A DNA stretch of 59,765 nucleotides, counting the filler, from Moniliella sp. 'wahieum' (Eukaryota): assembly GCA_003971905.1 (NCBI GenBank). It is 2 parts of 2 records of this genome, joined end to end, with 100 filler letters (N's around TTAATTAATTAA, not from the genome) between each part and the next. Parts side by side here need not be neighbours in the genome. Positions count along the whole stretch, not along the records: positions 1 to 29,876 come from RSEE01000179.1; 1 more part is not named here. The stretch is one strand, 5' to 3'. The stretch's first letter is position 1; every line of letters starts with the position of its first letter. The notes below the pieces were generated by a model. The model searched no databases and was not told the origin of the DNA. It saw only the letters and a program-made list of their open reading frames with translations. This document shows, in pieces, positions 1 to 12,700 of the stretch. Both the position numbers and the translations under genes were made by a program.

Positions 1-1198
1 GATTTGGTGGAGCGTAAGCCAGGCGTAAGGATCATGGTGACGGGGAACCCATCCGCCCACATCGCATAGTACAGCCACTCCGGGAGCGCCGTCCATGGGG
101 AGAGTTGCGAGAGTCGCGCTCGTACAGATACTCTTGGTGAATGCATGACGAACCCAATCGCCGCGCCGGCCACAATGCCGACCAGACAAGTTACATTGCA
201 AGGGGGTGAAGTTGTGTGCGTAGCTGAACGCGGCGGGGACACTGGTAAAGGAGAGAAAGACGATGCCCCAGCAAAACGCGACCCAGAGAGAAAAACTCAT
301 GGTAATCGGCTCGGTAAACAGGATCTTGAAGGGACGCACGACGGCTTGACGAATCAACTCACTTAGCGGCGCACGGTTCTCTTCTTCCTTGTGGTGTACA
401 CCACGTTGCGACCTTCGCTTGGGCTTGCTTGGGAGACGACGAGCACGTTGCATTAGGATCACGTTCGAAACGTGACTCAACCACGGTGGCCGTCATGATC
501 ATTGCCATCACGCCCCCGGCATCGCTTGAAACCCAAACACCCACCGCCAGGTAGCCCCGCTCGTCACGATCGCCGAGGCGAACAGACCGCCCAAACGACT
601 GGCCCCCAAAGTTGAACAAGACAAACACGGCAAAGGGCAGGCCGCGTACGGAGGCAGGCCACATATCGGCCAAGCTGCCTCCACCATCGAGTTTCCACTG
701 CGGTCACGATGCCGAGGAAGAAGCGCGGGATGATGAGGCCTTCCACATTGTAGCACAACGCCAGGGGAATGAACATGATGGCGTACAGCCACGAAGAAAC
801 GAGGTACAGGTACCGACGTCCAATCAGTTCCGAGATGGGACTAATGGCCATGGGCGCCCGCAGACGCCCTGCATCAGGCTCAGTGTTCCGATCAAAAAGA
901 CGATATGGCCAATGTGGAACTTTCCTCAACTTGACTTCCGATGGGCTGTATGCCGATCCGCCAAGCCACATACAAACGCATAAGTCGAGAAGACAATCGT
1001 GTGAACCAGCGTCTTATGGGACCAGTTCTGCGGATTCGCCTTGTCGTCCTCATCAAAGTCAATGTAAATCGTCGTGGGTGTGCCGGATTGCGAAGCGACA
1101 GTGACCTCGCTTTCGGTGCTGGTATGATCGCCATCCTCATTGTTGGATTTCTGGGGATCACCCTTATAGCTTTGGGTAATCGAGGGGGCGGACGACAT
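1..1198 (-). CDS. MFS multidrug transporter, DHA1-like (partial, runs off window start; frameshifted)
   Basis: ATG at 1198 (MSSAPSITQ); N-terminal IDFDEDDKANPQNWS motif typical of fungal DHA1 transporters; AISPISELIGRRYLYLVS (MFS motif A region), LIIPRFFLGI, ADMW and several hydrophobic helices spread across ORFs 926-1429, 564-971 and 359-673. Confidence 0.85.
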
Positions 1199-2353
1199 GG
1201 TGGCGAGACGTCCCAGCGGAGAAGGCGGCAAGGCTGTGGTCGAGGCAGCAGGACGGACGAAAGAGCACACAAATGGGCTAAGGACGAGACGACAAGCGAC
1301 GGACGAGGAGAGGTTGGGTCGATGGTGGATACTAGGTTGGGGGGGGGAGGGAAAAGAAGGGAAAGAAGAAAGGGAGTGGGCTGGGTAAGCTGGCACAGCA
1401 GTCGGCGCCGGCTTTGTATATATACCCACACCGACTGAATCGCCGCCGATCCAAACCTTGGCACGGCGGGCTCCAGGCGGCTACCGGCGGCACTGGGTGG
1501 TGACGCGTTGACACACTCCGTGCTCGCACTCAGTTGCTCAACGTTCAACACCAGTCTGAGTACTGCGTTGGGTTGTTGAGTGCCCACGCACTCGAACACG
1601 CAGCACTCGCCCTCCCCATCGGCCAGGGCAGGCGAGGCAGGAGAGGGCGAGGCGCAGTGGGTGACGCGTGACGCTGGTACAACCAGGCGTGGGGACAGGT
1701 GACTGTGATGGCCGGTGCCCAAATTTGGGTGCGGGACACTGGCAACACGCGCGCTGGCGGCGGCTGCCTAGCCGCGTAGGCTGTGTGCCGCCGCCTGCCG
1801 CTGCCCACCGGCCACCCAACACCGGCACCAGGTCATCTGGGCATCCAGATGGAAACAGGCGCGCTGCCCAGACTGGATGGTGCTCGATGGCGACCAGTGC
1901 CGTGCGTTTGCGAGTAGCGGATCTCGACCATCGATCAAGCTTCAAGCTTCAAGCTCAAGCTTCAAAAGGTGGAACCCTGGAAGGCACAACGTCCTGCCTG
2001 GCGGCACCCGTTTTTACCCGGTAATAGTAGAAGCGCTAAACATTGTGTGGTCAGTACTCAGTACTCAGTACCAGTCATACTGACTACTGTTGAGCCCTGC
2101 TGAGCATCGGGCCCTCACAATCCTCAGGGCTTCAACAGTCCACAGTTCCGCGAGCCTCTCTATCTGACGCTGAGGCTTATAGCTACTGTCCTAGGGCTAG
2201 TAACCTCTCAGGCACTCAGGCTGATCCCTCTAATGATTAATGAGCGATGATCGCAGGAACAGTGGAGAACGTGGTGGGTGGATACGTTGAGTCGGATCTG
2301 CGCAACTCCTGGAGACGAGTACCACAAACGCGCTTTCAAGCTTCGAATGCATA

Positions 2354-2883
2354 TGTCCAGACATCAAGACTCTCAAAAGGGTTTAAGCAACCCTGATTAG
2401 CTGTGCCCCATGGGGTACTACCACGCTCGGGCCGAACCGAACCCGCTATACTATCACGTCGAACTTATGATCCATCGAGAGTCACTGTCACCATCCACCC
2501 CTCGCTTTTCGCAGAGTAGTAAAGCCCGATTATCTCTGCTAAGCGCTAAATGTGATAGGAAAAGCCGCGTATACAACGAGCGGCCGTTCCCTTCGTTCCC
2601 ACTGACCCGCGATGGAGAGGGCTTCTGCAACTGTAAAGCAGACCAAGGGATGATGGAAGGGCGAGAATAGTGGACAAGGTATAGGATATGAAGACCGAGC
2701 CTTTCATGTGGCCTTCTTCCGTTATACCACGGCGTTTGTTACAAATATGACCAATTTATGGCTTCCTGTATAGCCCTAGCAGGCCCCACCGTCTACCAGT
2801 AATCGAGACTAGGCAGAGTCACTAGCCACTAGTCAACAATAAAAACGTCAAACCATCACCTCTTGATGCTCTCTCCGCGGACA
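2354..2883 (-). mobile_element. possible degenerate solo LTR
   Basis: Bounded by TGTCC...GGACA; the reverse complement near the left end (tcagggttgcttaaaccc) loosely resembles the subterminal aagggattgtacccttaaac of the other LTRs; no TSD found. Confidence 0.25.
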
Positions 2884-4103
2884 CTCCTTGGCCACATGGA
2901 GCGGCCTGGAGCGGCCAAGGGCGGCCATGTATAACTGGGTAAATGTAGGTACACACACTGGGCGCGTTAAGCGTTTAAGGGAACTCCAAACGTCCTCGGG
3001 GCGGCGGGTGTCTGAGGCTCGGTGCTGACTATGTCTCTGACTCTCCGCATCTCACACACCTACTATCTCGCAAGGGAAACACCCAGCAGCGGCACTGGCC
3101 CAGTGCTGCGGCATGCCGGTTGAACGTTACGTTGAACGTTGAATATTGGACGTGCCTAGAGATTTGACGCGTTGATCGATGAGCGCTGAGCCTGAGCGCT
3201 CACATGTCACAGAGCGGCCAGCGAGCGCTCGCTGAGCCCAACGTAGCCCAACGCGGTCAGAAGATCTGAATGCATTGGCAGGATCCGATGTGTGTACAGC
3301 TTTAGTTGGGACCGCAGTTTGCTGCGGGGGCGCGATCATCGATCAGCGAGCAGCGCGCAAGCGCTCCGCGCCCTAGCAATGCCACTTGTCACTTCCTTGT
3401 GGACGCCCCCGCCGCCTGTCCCTGTTGTCGATTATCTCAGAAGCAGTATATCCTAGCCACCACATGAGGTACACCAGGGCACACACCCTGGTGCGCCCCA
3501 ACAGTGGAGTGCGCCCGGCCAGGCACACAAATGGGGCCCACACCGACCCGGCGCAGAGGGTGATGCAGACACGTGGATACTTCAGCATATTGGGTTGCAC
3601 CACAGCTTGCACCTTGCGTGTCTTTGCTTACCGTTAGCCGCTTAGCGCTTAGCCGCTTAGCATCCATCAGCTCTCGATGCGGCCGGCTGCTCTCTGCCCT
3701 CTTGATCTTACATGTTACTTCTGTTACTTCTTACGTTACATGCACACAACACTGCTGTAGTTTCTCGCTCCGTTGTAAATATATCGCCGATTGCATCATC
3801 ATGTGATGTATGGCGCCCCCGTTGGGACGGGGGGTCTTCTCGCGTTTTCCGGACGTAGGCATGACACGGAACACATGACATTTACTCTAGAAAATGGTAT
3901 ATTCTGCTACTCTTTCCCAATATCCCCCGGGGAGGTGGGGGTTTGTATAAGAGACTAACAGTCATTCGCTCGTGTAATGAAAAGCAAACGAAAGATTCAA
4001 CTGTTTGACTTGTTCGTGTCTCGAATTGACCGTGGTGATCCCGCGGACTCTTGGTTTCGACGTCTAGAGCCTCACTTCATGATTGAGTCCTCTGCTCTCC
4101 TTT

Positions 4104-4109
<6 letters not shown>

Positions 4110-4143
<34 letters not shown>
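4110..4143. repeat. (CT)n microsatellite
   Basis: Direct reading of an uninterrupted CT run. Confidence 0.95.
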
Positions 4144-4146
<3 letters not shown>

Positions 4147-4734
4147 GTTTTCTGCTGGACTTATAGTCCCACCTCCTGTCTTCGAAATACCATCGCATTC
4201 AGCTCTGCTGTACAACAGGTTTGAAGGGAGGCATAGGCCAACATCTGAGGGAAAGAAGGCTATTATTGCTGTGCTCGTTCTGGCGCATACCCAACCTCGC
4301 CACATTATGCTGTGGCGTCCCAATTAAGAGGTAATACCTCAGTCTCTATTACCTTCGGTCAAATCTGCCAATAATGTTCAGGCTCGATCAATCATGGATC
4401 GTCTGTCCTCTCTCCTCTGAGGGAACACACCCCTATGCTACTATAGGTGGATCCTCAGTCCGGGTGTTTTTCTTACTCCCTTGCACTTCCCCCTCTCTCT
4501 GCGATACTATATACTCGCTATGCCGTTTCTTCCACAGCAAACACCCCCCTTCGATCATCTGACTTATCTGAGCACACCGGCGGTGCCAATAGCCTTTTAT
4601 CCACAAAACACTGAGTCTGTCCTATGGACCTGGAGGCTACGACTTTTCTCGTTGTACACGAATGTTAAGCACGCACAGAGCAAAATGGTTTAGAGAAAAA
4701 GCATGTGGAACAAGGGCTGATTCGGCTATACAAG

Positions 4735-4828
4735 TCCTCGATGGTCCAACGGCTATGATGTGACGCTCTCACTGCGACGAATTGCAGGGAATACCGTCAA
4801 GACCCGGGTTCGACTCCCGGTCGGGGAA
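4735..4828 (+). tRNA. tRNA-Glu(CTC) with 22-nt intron (4772-4793)
   Basis: Acceptor stem TCCTCGA/TCGGGGA; anticodon stem TGACG/CGTCA with loop CT-CTC-A; intron at the canonical 37/38 position; T arm CCGGG-TTCGACT-CCCGG; poly-T follows. Confidence 0.95.
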
Positions 4829-4835
4829 TTTTTTT
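4829..4835 (+). terminator. RNA polymerase III terminator (T7)
   Basis: T run immediately after the tRNA-Glu discriminator base. Confidence 0.85.
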
Positions 4836-5003
4836 GGTGCCGAGATGCATGTGGTGGAACGGAAGGCGGAATGAAGGCCGCCTGGTCCACAACATTTCAG
4901 ACCAGCTGGGAGGATCGGTGCTGAAGCTGTGATGTGATGGGCAGGCCCGCATAAGGCCGACCTTCTTGGGCGAGCGGCCGGCGGTTGCTCACCGCCCAGC
5001 AAC

Positions 5004-5480
5004 ATGGCGTCGATGCTGCGCAAGATGGCCTCGGCCCTGGGCGGCGGCGGGCACAAGCTTGCGCTAGTGGTGCGGCAGGACCTGAAGATGGACAAGGCAA
5101 GACGGCCGCGCAGTGCTCGCATGCCACCCTGGTGCTACAAGGCTGCCCTCAAGCGCAACCAGTCGGCCGTGCATGCGTGGGAAGCGTCGGGCCAGGCCAA
5201 GGTGGTGCTCAAGTGCAAGGACGAGGTGGAGATGGTGGCTCTGGAGCGCAAGGCCAGGGAACGCGGCTTGGTCGCACAGAGCATCCATGATGCGTACGTA
5301 TTATCATCTCGTCTTGCGCTGGCGTCCGACCGCCGTCCGAGAAGCCAGTACTGATGCACACCCGCGCCGTCTCGCAGCGGCCGTACCCAGGTCGCGGCGG
5401 GCTCCCGTACCGTTCTGGGAATAGGTCCTGGCCCGATTGGCCAGATCGATATGGTTACGGGAAAGCTGGGGTTGCTCTAA
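5004..5480 (+). CDS. PTH2: peptidyl-tRNA hydrolase 2 (intron 5294-5377; frameshift near 5095-5135)
   Basis: [36 protein letters not shown], then after a GTACGT...CAG intron [38 protein letters not shown]2 family signature motifs. Confidence 0.95.
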
Positions 5481-5639
5481 ACGTCCTGCCTATCGATGGT
5501 CACGGTGATACCCAACCTGTCGCTTCCGCAAAAAAAATAGTAGGACCAATCGTGCGCATCTATTACCGCTAAGCTTTCCTTGCCATCGGGGCCAACTACG
5601 GACTAGATGAAGCTGGCAGTGCGAAGCGCCAAAGACGTC

Positions 5640-8600
5640 TAAAATTCATCGGGCCATATGGGGCGTGAAAAGGCGGCTGGGGATTCGTAAATCTGCTACA
5701 AGAAGGGGGGTAGGTGGTGCGGACCGCCGGAAAACAAGGACGTTGAGTCGGAGTGCGAGGGCGGGGGGAAGGGGGGCAAGAGGTGAGGTGCTGCCTGAGG
5801 GACACCTTGGCCATCCTGGTCGTTGAGCAGCGTCAGGGGGAGGTAGCAAACCGAAGATGGTTGAGCTGGTGTACCCTGTGCGACGGGGCCGGGCACCCGC
5901 GCGACAGGCACGACAGGTAAGACCGGCGCAAGAGGTGCGACTCGCGATTGGACAGAAGTGACCGGAAGGACGGATGGGATCGAGGAGGCACGGGATAAGG
6001 CGCTCCTACGCTCGGTGAAAGCTGGCGAACCTGAAGCCGGGCGACCGTACATTGATGGCGAGGGACTAAAACCAGGTGGGAGAAAAGAGGTCCACTGCTG
6101 TCCGTCCAGGTCGTCGAGGGAGAGGGTATGGTGCGGAGGCGAGAGTGCTTGGGGCCCCTTGTCTCTAGGAGCCATCACACCGCCCTCCACCGTGTTGGCT
6201 AGAGTGCCGTCCTGCTGGAATTGGAGGTGAGGTCGGATAGGTTTTCTGTTTGCGAACGCAATCGAGTTGGCATGGATCTGGTTGGAAGCCGTGGGCGACA
6301 TAGGCGGGATGGGGATGGAGACTGAAGCAAAGCTCTGCAAGTCCATCCCATCCAACCCAGGGACGAGACGTGATTTGTCGGGCCTAAAAGCGAGGGCCCT
6401 ACTCCTCGAGGGCGGGGGGAAGTACAGGCCATCCAGCATTCCATCGGGATGGAACGGGGTGGAAGAGCCATCGGGAGCGAACCCATCCTCGATGGGAGTA
6501 CCGTCCGCTTCTCCTGTCTCCCCAGCCACAGGACGGGAGGATGATTCGGAAGCGGAACGGACATGTGGGTGCGGACCAATTTGCTGAGAAACCTAGCATG
6601 CAGCGCCGAGAGGTGAGTGGGGTAAGCTGCCATCACCTCCAAATGGTCGGCCGTGGAAGAGACCAGTTGAAGAATGTTCTCTTGTGGCATTAATGCGGTC
6701 AACTCGGACCTATTGAGTTTGAGAAGAAAGACGCAGGCGTAGGAGATTTGGACAAACTGAACGTCTGGTGCATAGCGAAGATGCCATCCCAAGGTGAGGG
6801 AGGAGAAATGATGCTCTTGGCCGCTTGAACGCAGCGAAGGTAGTCTGGGCAAATCAGAGGGGTGTCAGGCCTCAGGCGAAAAATATCGAGAGGGTAGGAT
6901 ACGTACAAGTGGTCCAATCGTGCGTATCACTCGGGTGGTCGAGACAATGCTGAAGCGCGAAAGAATGAAGAAGGAGAAGAGCATAACTTCCAATCATGGG
7001 CAAGCGCCGAACCATGCAGTACGCTTCCCGCCAAGTCCGTTCCGGGTCGGCATTTGCACCTTGTGTTGAAGTAAAAGGTGCTGCACCAGAGCGTGAATCG
7101 CCACAGCTGCCGCCCCGTCTTGCCCCCCTCCCCTGCTCATGATAGATGACTGCATGTCTTGATCAGGGTAGCAGGTCTTACTTTGGGCAAGGATGAGAGG
7201 GTCAGGCGGAGGAAACGGTGGGTCCCCACCAATGTATTGGCAGCTGCACTGATGGCATCCGGGGCGGAAGTGAGAGGGAGAACGGTGCCGATGTCCTCGG
7301 TGCGGTCCACGCATTCGGTTGCTGTGGACGGTGCGCGTGAGGCGATTGAAGCGGAAACCTGGGCTGTGAGCGGAGGGGCGTTTGGATCCCTTGGAGTCGG
7401 GAACCCGCCCGGGTGAATATCCTGCCACCGGTCCCACAGTGTTGCTGCCATGTGATGCGCCAGTCATCTAGTTGTTGGCCAAATAGCCCAAACACAGTGG
7501 TGAGATTGCCCGAGGGAACCTCACCGGATTCGCCAACCACATTTCCGGCAGAGCGCATGACCTCAAGGTAGCCCATTTGGCGAGTGAGGATGCGAAGTAA
7601 CTCCACCGTCGCCACCACACCCAACGTCCATGGGCGACGCGTCCGGGGCTGAAAGCCATTCGGATGCTGCTCTCGAATCACCTCGTCTTCTTGGATCATG
7701 CCGGGTTTGCCCATTACAGAGACAGCCAACGGTCCAAACAGTAACAATACAGCCAAGTGCGTTCACGATTGCGCACCTCCCAAGCCAAAGTAGGCCCACC
7801 GCGCCCCTTGTTCGGGTCTTTTCCTCTTCGGAGAGGCGAACCTTGCGATGTAAATTAAGGTCGATCCCCATCCGGAACGCGATACCTGAGAAACAGCATA
7901 TCATGTTGAAACGTTTTTGACGGCTGCCGCCAAAAGGAAAGCAAAGAAGCGCTTGTACACCTCCACTGACTTGACCCATCATGAAGAACGGTGAAGTGAG
8001 TTGGCGTGCATGAGCGTCGCACACAGGGTACCACTCGGGGCCACGGCGATGGAACTTGGATGCGACGGTGCAAATCGCTGCGTAGAGTAAGGGCGAGGCG
8101 CTGCTGAGGTACGCGGGAGTATGATACTCGTACGACAGAAAGGGGATGGGGGGCCAACGGGTAAAGTAAATCTGAAACACTCCTTAGCTTCCTCCATTGT
8201 CAAAAGGTTGCCATGGCTTGAATATGTTGCGCTTGCTCATCCCCCACATGCACCTCACGTAGGGAGATGGCGGCCATGTCGTTGAAAGAAAAGTAGGTTG
8301 GTCCTGCAACGCCTTGCGGGGGAGGAGTGCTTGAGCCGGTTGTTGTTGGGTACTTTCTCAGATGCCAGCATCTCCGTCGACTGCACCGAGTCAGATTTCT
8401 GTGATGGTTGAGCAAGGCAACGATCAGTAGGTCCCTCCTTAGAGCCAGAGGTCGCGGGAATGACCTGCCTGGTCGATCGGCACTGTGGCTGCAGACCAGC
8501 CTCGGCCAACAACCCGAATGGATCCAGCCTACCATCAGGGGCAGTGAGGGAGCGTCGGAGATGGGACGCTGGCTCATGGCAGGAGGGTACGGGACATTAA

Positions 8601-9747
8601 GAGCGACCCATCCAGCACAGACTCATAGGAATGATGGACTGGTACCCGTGGACGTGGGCGGTCTCCCGACGGATTGGAGCTAGAGCCGGAAATGCCGGCG
8701 GGAGATGCGATAGTAGGCACAGTGGGAGCCAACATGTCTGCATTTTTCGGCGAGCTCGTGGCCTGGTCCGAACGTGTACTCGACTTGCGCGGTACTTTCC
8801 CGCGGTTTGACGGCTCAAAAATGCACTCGTGGCCCACCAAACGACACCGTTTGCATGGTGGGCCCTGCTCTGCACCGACACAACGCATCTTGAGTTTGCG
8901 ACATGCAGACCGCCCGGTTTCCCCGGTGGCTTCGGAGGCGGGAGCCTGCGGCGCCCTTGTCGAAGTTGAGCGGTGAAGAGATTTGAGCAGGCTTAGAAAA
9001 CAGAGTCTGGATGCATGCTGACCAAGAGCCCACTGAGGCACGATGGGGGAAGAGCTGTTGTGAGGAGGTTGGGCCCGAGATAACAGAAGAGCGAGTGCGC
9101 GGGCGCTTGCGCATCGAGTCGTCATCGAAAAAAGACGAGCGGGGCTAGCGGGCTCGCTGGGAGGGGATCTTCAGGCAGAGCATCGGCTCGCAAAGTGCTC
9201 CACTCCACCCATCTTCCTGGGCTGGGGGAAGAGGTGTTGGGGGCGGACGGGGGGCGCAACCCTGGGGAGGAGGGAAGGGCCATGCGCTGGAAAGGGACCA
9301 GTTTCGGCTGGTTGTACGACAGGCCGGTATATGTAAGAGGGGTGACGCATTGTATGTTTTAGGTTCGGGCGGTGGGGGGAGGGCCGAGGCTGGGACTGAG
9401 ACGGTTGGGACTGGGGTGGGTTGGGACTACTGGGTGCGAGGAATGGGATTGGGATTGGGAGTGGGATTGGGGTCGGGGTTGGGATTCGGGTTGGGATTGA
9501 GATTGGGATTGGGATTGGGGCGGCGCGGAAGACGTCGAGGGGTCGACGTAGAAAGAAGGGACGGTCGTGGAGGCATGCACTGATGCCGAGGCAGCCGTGG
9601 CCGCGTCGAGCTCGTGTGCGAGTGCCAGTGAGGATGCCGGCAGCTGCAGGGACGCCGATATCTCGTTGGTGTCAAGCGGCGATGTCGTCGTAGCCAGGGG
9701 GGGCCTGCGCGATGTGCCGTCGGGTCGAAGGGGCTGTTGCTGGGCAT
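5640..9747 (-). CDS. Zn(II)2Cys6 transcription factor with fungal-specific TF middle domain (PriB-like); multi-exon, frameshifted, ends approximate
   Basis: Zinc cluster ACRKLKMRCVGAEQGPPCKRCRLVGHECIFEPSNRGK (about 8790-8910); middle region SPLLYAAICTVASKF...GIAFRMGIDLNLHRK; C-terminal RYAPDVQFVQISYACVFLLKL. Start may be 9747, or 9953 with a short intron. Confidence 0.88.
9444..9520. repeat. imperfect (GGGATT)n hexamer repeat inside the TF N-terminus
   Basis: gggattgggattgggagtgggatt... encodes (SQ)n or (NP)n on the minus strand. Confidence 0.85.
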
Positions 9748-12700
9748 GGATAGCCAGCACGTGGGTTGGGCGTGTCGGGGATGGGGTGGTGGGGAGGGGC
9801 GAGAGGATGGGGGGAAGGGGGGGGGAGCAGAAGAAGAAATGGCTGCGGTGCGACCGACGCTGGTCAAGCGGGGACAGGCAGCACTCAGCCGATCGGCCAG
9901 GCACCTGCACATACACAGCAGCGTCTGTCTCACGTCTCCGACATACATACCATCGCCGGGACCGGTGGCCGCTGGGGGAGCAGGGCCCTGGGCCCTGGGC
10001 TGGCCAGTGCTGTGGCGCAGCCACCGCCTGCCCAGGCTGAGTGTTGGTGCCCGCTGGCGCCTCGGACGCTGAGGCGCTGAGGCCGAGGTCTGAGTGATCG
10101 ATGATCTGAGTCCGGGTCTGCGTCTGAGGGATCGGAATCTGAGGCCTTCTGGGGTCTCTGAGGTCTGAGATCTGGGCCGGAGGCTGCCAGAGTTTGGCGT
10201 GGGCCTCACGGCCCAGCAACCGGATGGACTCCCCAAACATGTAATCGATCTCGCTTCAAGCTTCACCGATCATCACCCATCCACTGCGCCTTTCTAGACG
10301 TAACCGCACGAGGGACTGACTATCGACGAGTTGCATGTTACACGTTAGGAGTTATTGGTTTTGCTACTGCTTGCTGGTGAACTGCAGTCTGGAGGTGCTT
10401 GGCCTTGGCCTCCGCGGTGAGGCTCAGCGCCAAGTTAATACGCCCGTCACCGCCTCACCGCCCCACTGCCTCATCCGTCCGCGGTAACGTTTACCCATCA
10501 AGCTTGAAGCTCGAAGAATAAGTCAGCTAAGCTAGCTAAGCTGCTGCTATACGCCATAGCTACGCTTCATCAACGTTCAGCGTTCATGCAACAACATCCA
10601 TCGTTCCACATTCAATATTCAACCACCGTCTCTTCAGCTACAATTATGTGCCCCATCAACGAAATATCGTGGGATGTAGCTGTTGTAGCACGCAACCCGA
10701 ACCAACGATTCAGAGTAAAGGTTGACACAACATAGTCACCCGGCCTTGATCTTCCCTCCTCTCTCGTCAGGCCTGAGGCGTGCACGTTCAGTACGATGTG
10801 TTTGGTAGACACGCCATTCATCATGTCCACAAGCCCTGTGGCGTATGATGTGGCAGATATAGATACGTCTGTTTCAATGTTCGGCCTCTAACCGTCCGGT
10901 CTGGGGCGGAAGGCAAAGGGCGGACGAAGTTCCACGTTCAGGGCGATGGGGTCGACAGCTGGCGCTGAAACCGTGATGCGGCGTGTGAGCGTGCGGGCGA
11001 AGAGCCCGGCTCACGTTGGTGTCCGAAGTAGAACCGACCAACGAGGAGCTCTTTCAGCTACTCCTAGTCAAGCCTGAGGCCTGAGCCTAAGCCCTGAACC
11101 TCAGAACTCGTCTGGACTCGGTCTGAGTCCTCAGTCTCAGTTGCACCTGTCGTTACATGTGACATGCAACCACTGCGACGCAAGGGGATGTCACCGGCAT
11201 GGCGGCGAAGGTTCAGTCTTAGTACGTCCGGGTCCCCCGGTACGTTGGGGAAGGGATGTAGTGGGGTCTTCTGTAGTACGGTCGCCCTGCCCCAACTGCA
11301 GAGAGGACACTCGCACGTGGAAAAGCCCATGAGCCATGTCACATGTCAACTGCCGCATGGTGTGGACGCGGTAGATTACTGCGACGGGAGTGGCCGGGAT
11401 GATTTGGCCGGCCAGTCGCGCCAGCTGCCCCGGATGCGACGGGTGAGCTCACCCGTGACCGCTGCGCCCAGAGACCGGCCGGTTGTCGGAGAGTCAGTCT
11501 AAAGCTAGCCGCGCAGGAGGATGGGAGGGAAGTGAGGGGACCAGCGTGTTGGGCAGCGGCAAGGTGCAGGATATGCCTACGGCCGCAGCGGAACAACCGT
11601 TGGGACACAGCGACGCCGTGGACGTGAAGCTTGAAGGCGCACATGGAACAAACGATGATCTCCTGTGGTAAGTTCTGCGCTGAGCGCTGACGCGCTGACG
11701 GGGCTCAGCCTGTCAGAGCCCGGGGTGCGTCTGCCCGGCGTTTTCTCGGGAAACGGGCGGCTGAGACATTTGGCCGATCGAGCACCCACCTAGTGCTGAC
11801 CTGCTCGCTCCCACAACACTATCGTATATCAATGGTACAGGAGGGAGTGCCAGGCTGTAGTGGGCTTGTTGTGCCATTACCCTGCGGACCCGGCGTATAC
11901 ATATCGTGCCAACCCGTCCATAGTAGTTCAAAGTTGTGAGGGCCCATGCACATGGCGCTCAAGCCACGCATGCCATGCAATCAACGTTCAACAGCATATT
12001 AACAGAACGCACCCTACCCTGCAGAGTACCCTCCGGCTTCGATCAGCCAGCTGTCGTATCCACTGAGACAGGGGATGGCTGGGATGGTCTTCTGATGGGC
12101 ACAACAACGACCACCCCCCTCCGTCCTCCCTCTTTACATCAATCTGCAACGGTGCAACCTTCCATGACAATGAGCCCCGGCGCTTGACCCGCTCTCAGGC
12201 TTACCGTCCGCATACCGGTGCGCTCTTATAGACTGCTCTCTTGCCAGAGAGGCTGTACCCTTCTCTCCGAAACCTGGCTGTAAGAACCAAACCCAGAAAC
12301 TGGGCCGCGGAGCTTCAGAAACAGATTCTTTTGATAATCGATAACCGGTAACCGGCCGGTTATCACGCGTATAGAAGTTTATCTCGTCAAACCTCAGGCC
12401 TCAGGTGGATACTAGTAGCCGGGGGAGAAGCAAACACCCGTGGATGCGTTCGGGCCAAGGTACGTGAGTAAAAACTAAAGAGAAACGCTAACGTGCTGTA
12501 CTATAATGCCATCAATGCATGCCAAGTTTTTCAGTGCAAGTCGCCGGTAGGCTCAGCTCTTTGTTGGCATGTGAGAGGCAAATGTGGCTAGTTTCACATG
12601 CCACATGGCCGGCAGCCTGTTGAAAAACGTGCAATCTGTTGAAAAAACCACAAGTGATGAACGCTGACATGGACATCAGCTTCTCTCCTACATCAGCACA

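Noticed and set aside
3944..4732. Possible LTR (TGTATA...TATACA) preceded by a purine-rich tract and ending 2 bp before tRNA-Glu, Ty3-like targeting
   Set aside because: Only a 6-bp terminal match, no TSD, no second copy in the window, and an internal microsatellite; not supportable.
9444..9520. (GGGATT)n as a variant telomere seed
   Set aside because: Imperfect, internal and within the low-complexity N-terminal coding region of the transcription factor.
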